NCBI GenBank assembly: GCA_963676725.1 | Contig: OY781463.1 | Coordinates: 205,421 to 269,420 of the forward strand | Length of the DNA stretch: 64,000 bases | Source: Bacteroidales bacterium | GTDB lineage: Bacteria > Bacteroidota > Bacteroidia > Bacteroidales > WRLA01 | Direction: 5' to 3' | In this document: piece by piece, positions 59,483-64,000 of the stretch | Numbering within the stretch: the first letter of the stretch is position 1 | Layout: each line of letters starts with the position of its first letter | The notes under the pieces: model-generated | What the model was told of the DNA's origin: nothing | Seen by the model: the letters and a program-made list of their open reading frames with translations, nothing else | Databases searched by the model: none | Program-made: the position numbers and the translations under genes

Positions 59483-60325
59483 AAAATAACCAACCATGTA
59501 AGCCAACATCATCCCCTCTTAGCGTCTTTGCGTGAGAAAAGAGCATACTCATTCAATCCAGAACACAAAAGTTTTATGCTAAGTCTCTAAAATCCAAAGA
59601 ACAAACAAACTTAGCGTCTTTGCGAGAAAACATCTTCATCCACCAAACATCCTCTTTTGCGTCTTAGCGTCTTTGCGTGAGCCACACTCCCACAGTCATA
59701 GTCCTAAGCGCCTTAACGAGAAAACATCTTCGTCAACCAAACACTCCCACATCATCCTCCTTAGTGTCTTAGCGCCTTTGCGGGAGAAAAATTCATCAAC
59801 CAAACCATCCCCAACAAAGCTTTGCGTCTTAGCTCCTTAACGAGAAAACATCTTCATCCACCGAACAGTCCCTCCTTAGTGTCTTAGCGCCTTTGCGGGA
59901 GAAAAATTCATCAACCAAACCATCCCCAACAAAGCTTTGCGTCTTAGCGCCTTTGCGAGAAAACATCTTCGTCAACCAAACACTCCCACATCATCCTCCT
60001 TAGCGTCTTAGCGCCTTTGCGTGAGAAAAATTCATCAACCAAACCATCCCCAACAAAGCTTTGCGTCTTAGCTCCTTAACGGGAAAACATCTTCATCAAC
60101 CAAACACTCCCTCCTTAGCGTCTTTGCGACTTTGCGTGAGCCACACTCCCACATCATCCTCCTTAGCGTCTTAGCGCCTTTGCGTGAGAAAAATTCATCA
60201 ACCAAACCATCACCAACAAAGCTTTGCGTCTTAGCGCCTTAACGGGAAAGCATCTTCATCAACCAAACACTCCCTCCTTAGCGTCTTTGCGCCTTAACGA
60301 GAAAACACTCCCACACTCATAACCC
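59458..60325 (+). repeat. Composite non-coding tandem array built on the core TTAGCGYCTTWRCG(T)GAGAAAA (at least 18 same-orientation cores)
   Basis: A 60-nt unit A occurs at 59769, 59884, 60008 and 60171, with 0-2 mismatches between copies. A 47-56-nt unit B occurs at 59705, 59829, 59944, 60068 and 60231. An 8-nt linker TTAGYGTC joins them. Superunit spacings are 115, 124 and 163 nt. No ORF of 60 aa or more lies on either strand between 59513 and 60362. Confidence 0.9.
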
Positions 60326-60482
60326 ACATCTCCGTCGCAAGAAAAATACCCTATTCATTTCATTACTGTTTTAAACTTGCCATTACTTCCCAAAGAAAAC
60401 AATAAAGCGTCATTTTGACAGACTTTTTCTGCTGGCATAAGCTTTGATATTCGCCACACAGAAAACAACAAAATTTTATACT

Positions 60483-62387
60483 ATGCAAAAAGGAAAGATT
60501 AACGTACAAACCGAGAACATTTTTCCAATTATTAAAAAATTCCTCTATTCCGATCATGAGATCTTTTTGAGGGAATTGGTTTCAAATGCTGTGGATGCTA
60601 CTCAAAAGCTTAAAGCTCTTGCATCTATGGGAAAAGTAAAAGGTGATCTTGGCGATACAAGCATTGAGGTGATCCTTGATGATAAAAAGAAAACCCTGAC
60701 TGTACGCGACAGAGGCATCGGAATGACTGCCGAAGAAGTTGACCGTTTTATCAATCAGATCGCTTTTAGCAGCGCCGAAGAATTCGTGAAAGAGTTTAAA
60801 GGAAAATCTGAAGCAGAATCTGCCAAAATTATCGGCCATTTTGGTCTTGGATTTTATTCCGCTTTTATGGTTTCCGATAAGGTGCAAATCAAAACCCTTT
60901 CGTATAAAGAAGATGCAGTAGCTCAAAAATGGGAATGCGATGGCAGCCCTGATTATACGCTGAAAGAATCAAAAAAGAAAGAACGTGGAACCGATATCGT
61001 GCTGCATATTGCCGATGATTCTAAAGAATTTCTGGAAGAACACCGCATCCTCGACCTGCTAAAGAAATACTGTAAATTCCTGCCCGTTGAAATTAAATTC
61101 GGCAACGAAAAAATTTCCGAAAAGGTTGAAGGCGAAAAGGATAAGGACGGAAATGATGTGTATAAAGAGATTGAAAAAGAACGCATCATCAATAATACCA
61201 AGCCTGCATGGGTGCAAAAACCGGCAGACTTAACCGAAGAGGATTATAAGAATTTCTATAGGGAACTCTATCCCATGAATTTTGAGGAGCCTTTGTTCCA
61301 TATCCACCTGAATGTTGATTATCCTTTTAACCTCACCGGTATCCTTTACTTCCCAAAGGCTAAGAACCGCTTTGAGGTACAAAAAGATAAAATCCAGTTA
61401 TACAGCAATCAGGTGTTTGTTACCGATTCTGTAGAAGGTATTGTTCCTGAGTTTTTGATGTTGCTGCATGGTGTGCTCGATTCACCTGATATCCCATTGA
61501 ATGTATCGCGCTCTTATCTGCAAAGCGATTCTAATGTGAAGAAAATCAGCAACCACATCATGAAAAAGGTGGCTGATAAGCTTGAGGAAATGTATAAAGA
61601 AGATCGCCCCGATTTTGAGAAAAAATGGGATGATATCCGCGTATTTATCCAATATGGTATGATCAGCGAACAAAAATTCTACGATCGTGCCGAGAAGTTC
61701 TGCCTCCTGAAAAACATGGACGGGAAATACTTTAACTTCGAAGAATATAAAGAGCATATCAAAGAGAATCAGACCGATAAGGATAAAAAACTGGTTTATT
61801 TATATGCCACAAATCCGGAAGAGCAATACAGTTATATAGAGGCAGCCAAGCAAAAAGGCTACGATGTGCTGCTGCTCGATGGAATACTCGATAATCATTT
61901 TATCAACCATATGGAAACCAAGCTGGCCGATTCTTCTTTTGTGCGCGTTGATGCTGAAACAGCAGATAAGCTCATTAAAAAAGATGAAGAAATGCCATCG
62001 AAATTAAGCGATGAGGACAAAGAAAAACTCAAGCCTGTTTTCGAAAATAATGTGAATAAGGCTCAGTTTACCGTTATGTTTGAGAATATGTCGGAAAGCG
62101 AACAACCCGTTATTATCACCCGTCCGGAATTTATGCGCCGCATGAAAGATATGCAGGAGCTTGGTGGTGGCGGAATGGGTTTTATGGGAAATATGCCCGA
62201 TATGTACAATCTTGTGGTGAACAGCAATCATCAGGTTGTGGGCGAAATCCTCGCTATGGAAGACGAAGAAAAGAAAGCACAATTAGCGAAACAACTGACA
62301 GATCTCGCTTTATTGTCACAGAATATGCTGAAAGGCGAAAGCCTGGATAAATTCCTGAAAAGGAGTGTAGAATTAATTGGAAAGTAA
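60483..62387 (+). CDS. htpG: Molecular chaperone HtpG (Hsp90)
   Basis: Start at ATG 60483 (MQKGKINVQTENIFPIIKKFLYSDHEIFLRELVSNAVDA). Motifs GHFGLGFYSAFMV and the LNVSRSYLQ-type middle-domain motif are present. Confidence 0.97.
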   Translation: MQKGKINVQTENIFPIIKKFLYSDHEIFLRELVSNAVDATQKLKALASMGKVKGDLGDTSIEVILDDKKKTLTVRDRGIGMTAEEVDRFINQIAFSSAEEFVKEFKGKSEAESAKIIGHFGLGFYSAFMVSDKVQIKTLSYKEDAVAQKWECDGSPDYTLKESKKKERGTDIVLHIADDSKEFLEEHRILDLLKKYCKFLPVEIKFGNEKISEKVEGEKDKDGNDVYKEIEKERIINNTKPAWVQKPADLTEEDYKNFYRELYPMNFEEPLFHIHLNVDYPFNLTGILYFPKAKNRFEVQKDKIQLYSNQVFVTDSVEGIVPEFLMLLHGVLDSPDIPLNVSRSYLQSDSNVKKISNHIMKKVADKLEEMYKEDRPDFEKKWDDIRVFIQYGMISEQKFYDRAEKFCLLKNMDGKYFNFEEYKEHIKENQTDKDKKLVYLYATNPEEQYSYIEAAKQKGYDVLLLDGILDNHFINHMETKLADSSFVRVDAETADKLIKKDEEMPSKLSDEDKEKLKPVFENNVNKAQFTVMFENMSESEQPVIITRPEFMRRMKDMQELGGGGMGFMGNMPDMYNLVVNSNHQVVGEILAMEDEEKKAQLAKQLTDLALLSQNMLKGESLDKFLKRSVELIGK

Positions 62388-62406
62388 GGAAAAGAGTTTA
62401 TCTTTG

Positions 62407-62468
62407 TAAAAGGCTGGTTGAACTGCTTCCCTGTATTGGGTGCTGATCAGCCGGCCTTTTTTATTTTC
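62407..62468 (+). terminator. Putative htpG terminator (long hairpin plus T-run)
   Basis: AAAAGGCTGG (62407-62416) pairs with CCGGCCTTTT (62451-62460), followed by TTATTTT. The loop is long (about 33 nt), so confidence is moderate. Confidence 0.45.
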
Positions 62469-62537
62469 TGCAATAGGTTTTTGTAGATCTATCAGCGATT
62501 GATAAAAGATATTATTCATTAAGTAAATTGTAAATAT

Positions 62538-63140
62538 ATGAAAAAAGGATGCATTATCTCCGGAGCCATTGGGCTACTTCTCCTGATTGCTGCTATTTTT
62601 ATGTACACTTCCGTAAAAAGCAGCTATAACCAATTAGTAGTACAGGACGAAAGCGTTACTTCCGCATGGTCGCAGGTCGAAAACGTCTACCAGCGCCGTG
62701 CCGACCTGATTCCAAATTTGGTGAATACAGTAAAAGGCTATGCCGATTTTGAGCAAAAAACCCTTACCGATGTCATTGAAGCCCGCTCTAAAGCAACATC
62801 AGTGAACATTGATGCATCAAAATTAAATGCACAAAGTATTGCGCAATTCCAACAGGCTCAAGATGGCCTTAGTAGCGCACTGTCGCGCCTGATGGTGGTG
62901 GTCGAAAAATATCCCGATCTGAAAGCAAATCAGGGCTTTCTGGATTTACAAGCGCAGCTTGAGGGAACAGAAAATAGAATTAGTACAGAACGTATGAAAT
63001 TTAATCAGGTGGTGCAGAGTTATAATACTATGGTACGAAAATTCCCGATGAATCTTTTTGCCGGATACTTTGGCTTTGATAAGAAAGAATATTTCAAAGC
63101 AGAACAGGGCGCAGAAAAAGCCCCTGAAGTAAAATTTTAA
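62538..63140 (+). CDS. lemA: LemA family protein
   Basis: N-terminal TM anchor, followed by SAWSQVENVYQRRADLIPNLV and YPDLKANQGFLDLQAQLEGTENRI, both diagnostic of LemA. Confidence 0.92.
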   Translation: MKKGCIISGAIGLLLLIAAIFMYTSVKSSYNQLVVQDESVTSAWSQVENVYQRRADLIPNLVNTVKGYADFEQKTLTDVIEARSKATSVNIDASKLNAQSIAQFQQAQDGLSSALSRLMVVVEKYPDLKANQGFLDLQAQLEGTENRISTERMKFNQVVQSYNTMVRKFPMNLFAGYFGFDKKEYFKAEQGAEKAPEVKF

Positions 63141-63159
63141 TCACCAATATATTATATAA

Positions 63160-63600
63160 ATGGACGCTGTAAGTATTTTTTCTAAAGAAGAAACAGAGGA
63201 CATCAAACAGGCCATCCTGAATGCAGAACTGGATACCAGCGGAGAAATTCGTGTGCATGTGGAAAATGTATGTGAGGGCGATGTGCTCGATCGTGCATCT
63301 TATTGGTTTGATAAGCTTAAAATGCATGAAACAGAACTGCGTAATGGGGTGCTGTTTTATCTCGCAGTGAAAAACCGAAAGTTTGCTGTAATCGGTGATC
63401 AAGGCATTAATACAAAAGTGCCCGCAGGCTTTTGGGACAATATTAAAGCAATGATGCTGGAGCATTTTCGAGAAGGACGATTTGCCCAAGGCCTTATTGA
63501 TGGAGTGTGTTTGGCAGGTGAAAATCTGAAAAAACATTTTCCTTATCAAAAGGATGATGTAAACGAATTGCCCGATGACATTTCATTTGGTACGAATTAA
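63160..63600 (+). CDS. TPM-domain protein (LemA-associated, 146 aa)
   Basis: Classic position after lemA. TSGEIRVHVE and NGVLFYLAVKNRKFAVIGDQGI are typical of this short TPM/DUF477-like partner. Confidence 0.75.
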   Translation: MDAVSIFSKEETEDIKQAILNAELDTSGEIRVHVENVCEGDVLDRASYWFDKLKMHETELRNGVLFYLAVKNRKFAVIGDQGINTKVPAGFWDNIKAMMLEHFREGRFAQGLIDGVCLAGENLKKHFPYQKDDVNELPDDISFGTN

Positions 63601-63647
63601 ATGCAATTGCTCAGGCTTTGCCTCCTCAAATTGAAAGGACAGGAATA

Positions 63648-64000
63648 ATGATACATAGAAAACAAGGATTTATAATAGGATGTTTCATTCTCTTAATGAG
63701 TTTGAATACAGGTCTTTATGCTCAGGATGTTCCTGCAAGGCCCAATCCGCCAAAATTAGTAAATGATTTGGCCGGAGTACTGAGTGCGGCGGAAGTTCAA
63801 GAGCTCGAGCGCTCTTTAGTGGCATTTAACGATACTACTTCCACGCAAATAATGGTTCTTACCGTGTCATCGCTCAATGGATATGACCCGGCTGGTTTTG
63901 CTACAAAAATCGGGGAACAATGGGGCGTTGGACAAAAAGGAAAGAACAACGGAATTATTGTTCTGGTAAAGCCAAAGCTTAATGCCCGCGATAAAGGACA
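63648..64000 (+). CDS. TPM-domain (YgcG-like) protein, 3' end beyond window
   Basis: ATG 63648. Signal peptide (FIIGCFILLMSLNTGLYAQ), LVNDLAGVLSAAEVQELERSL, TSTQIMVLTV and NNGIIVLV motifs. The frame is open to the window end and is not in the ORF track because no stop is reached. Confidence 0.8.
   Translation, partial: MIHRKQGFIIGCFILLMSLNTGLYAQDVPARPNPPKLVNDLAGVLSAAEVQELERSLVAFNDTTSTQIMVLTVSSLNGYDPAGFATKIGEQWGVGQKGKNNGIIVLVKPKLNARDKG

Noticed and set aside
59458-60325. Possible CRISPR array (short repeats separated by about 25-38-nt segments)
   Set aside because: The inter-repeat segments are themselves repeated nearly identically (only two or three spacer types), so there are no unique spacers. 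Repeat spacing is irregular (8, 47, 56, 60 nt). No cas genes are in the window.
59458-60325. CIRCE/HrcA-type heat-shock operator upstream of htpG (the core starts TTAGCG, like the CIRCE half-site TTAGCACTC)
   Set aside because: CIRCE is an inverted repeat, TTAGCACTC-N9-GAGTGCTAA. Here the cores are direct repeats with no properly spaced GCTAA partner, so the resemblance is limited to 5-6 nt.
63094-63549. 151-aa antisense ORF opposite the TPM-domain gene, and similar antisense ORFs 55544-55969, 57101-57496 and 59147-59512
   Set aside because: They lie opposite well-supported genes or run into the non-coding repeat array, and have no recognisable motifs.

Overview
This is a 64-kb chromosomal segment of a Bacteroidota bacterium. 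The assignment rests on the 16S/23S sequences, TTTG-N19-TAnnTTTG promoters, four T9SS C-terminal sorting domains, and GWxTD and DUF3857/transglutaminase-type genes. Housekeeping content: valS, gcvP, RNase P RNA, a complete rrs-tRNAIle-tRNAAla-rrl-rrf operon, tpx, a UbiD-family decarboxylase, htpG and a lemA-TPM-TPM cluster. Accessory or unusual content: (1) A GH16 beta-glucanase is followed by two paralogous T9SS-secreted glycan-binding proteins; one is 1687 aa and contains five in-frame ~756-bp tandem modules. (2) A 15.8-kb, eight-gene, tightly or translationally coupled minus-strand operon (36.2-52.0 kb) is my best candidate for an undescribed system. It encodes a membrane-anchored STAND NTPase-WD40 protein, a TonB-dependent receptor, a GNAT-like protein and a nucleotide-transporter-like/HEAT fusion. 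It also encodes a large propeller/Y_Y_Y sensor kinase whose phospho-acceptor His is replaced by Asp, a sensor-less paralogous kinase that keeps the His, a small beta-rich secreted protein and a REC-PP2C phosphatase. (3) A 1.8-kb AT-rich islet (25.25-27.07 kb) is bracketed by diverged 82-nt direct repeats that duplicate the 3' end of a metallophosphoesterase gene. It carries a glycine-zipper lipoprotein and a small membrane protein. (4) There are two non-coding tandem arrays: a strictly 21-nt-phased, GATC-rich array between valS and a FUSC-family gene, and a ~0.9-kb composite G-poor array directly upstream of htpG. All product calls come from motifs recognised by eye in the translations; no database search was possible, and boundaries of RNA genes are approximate.
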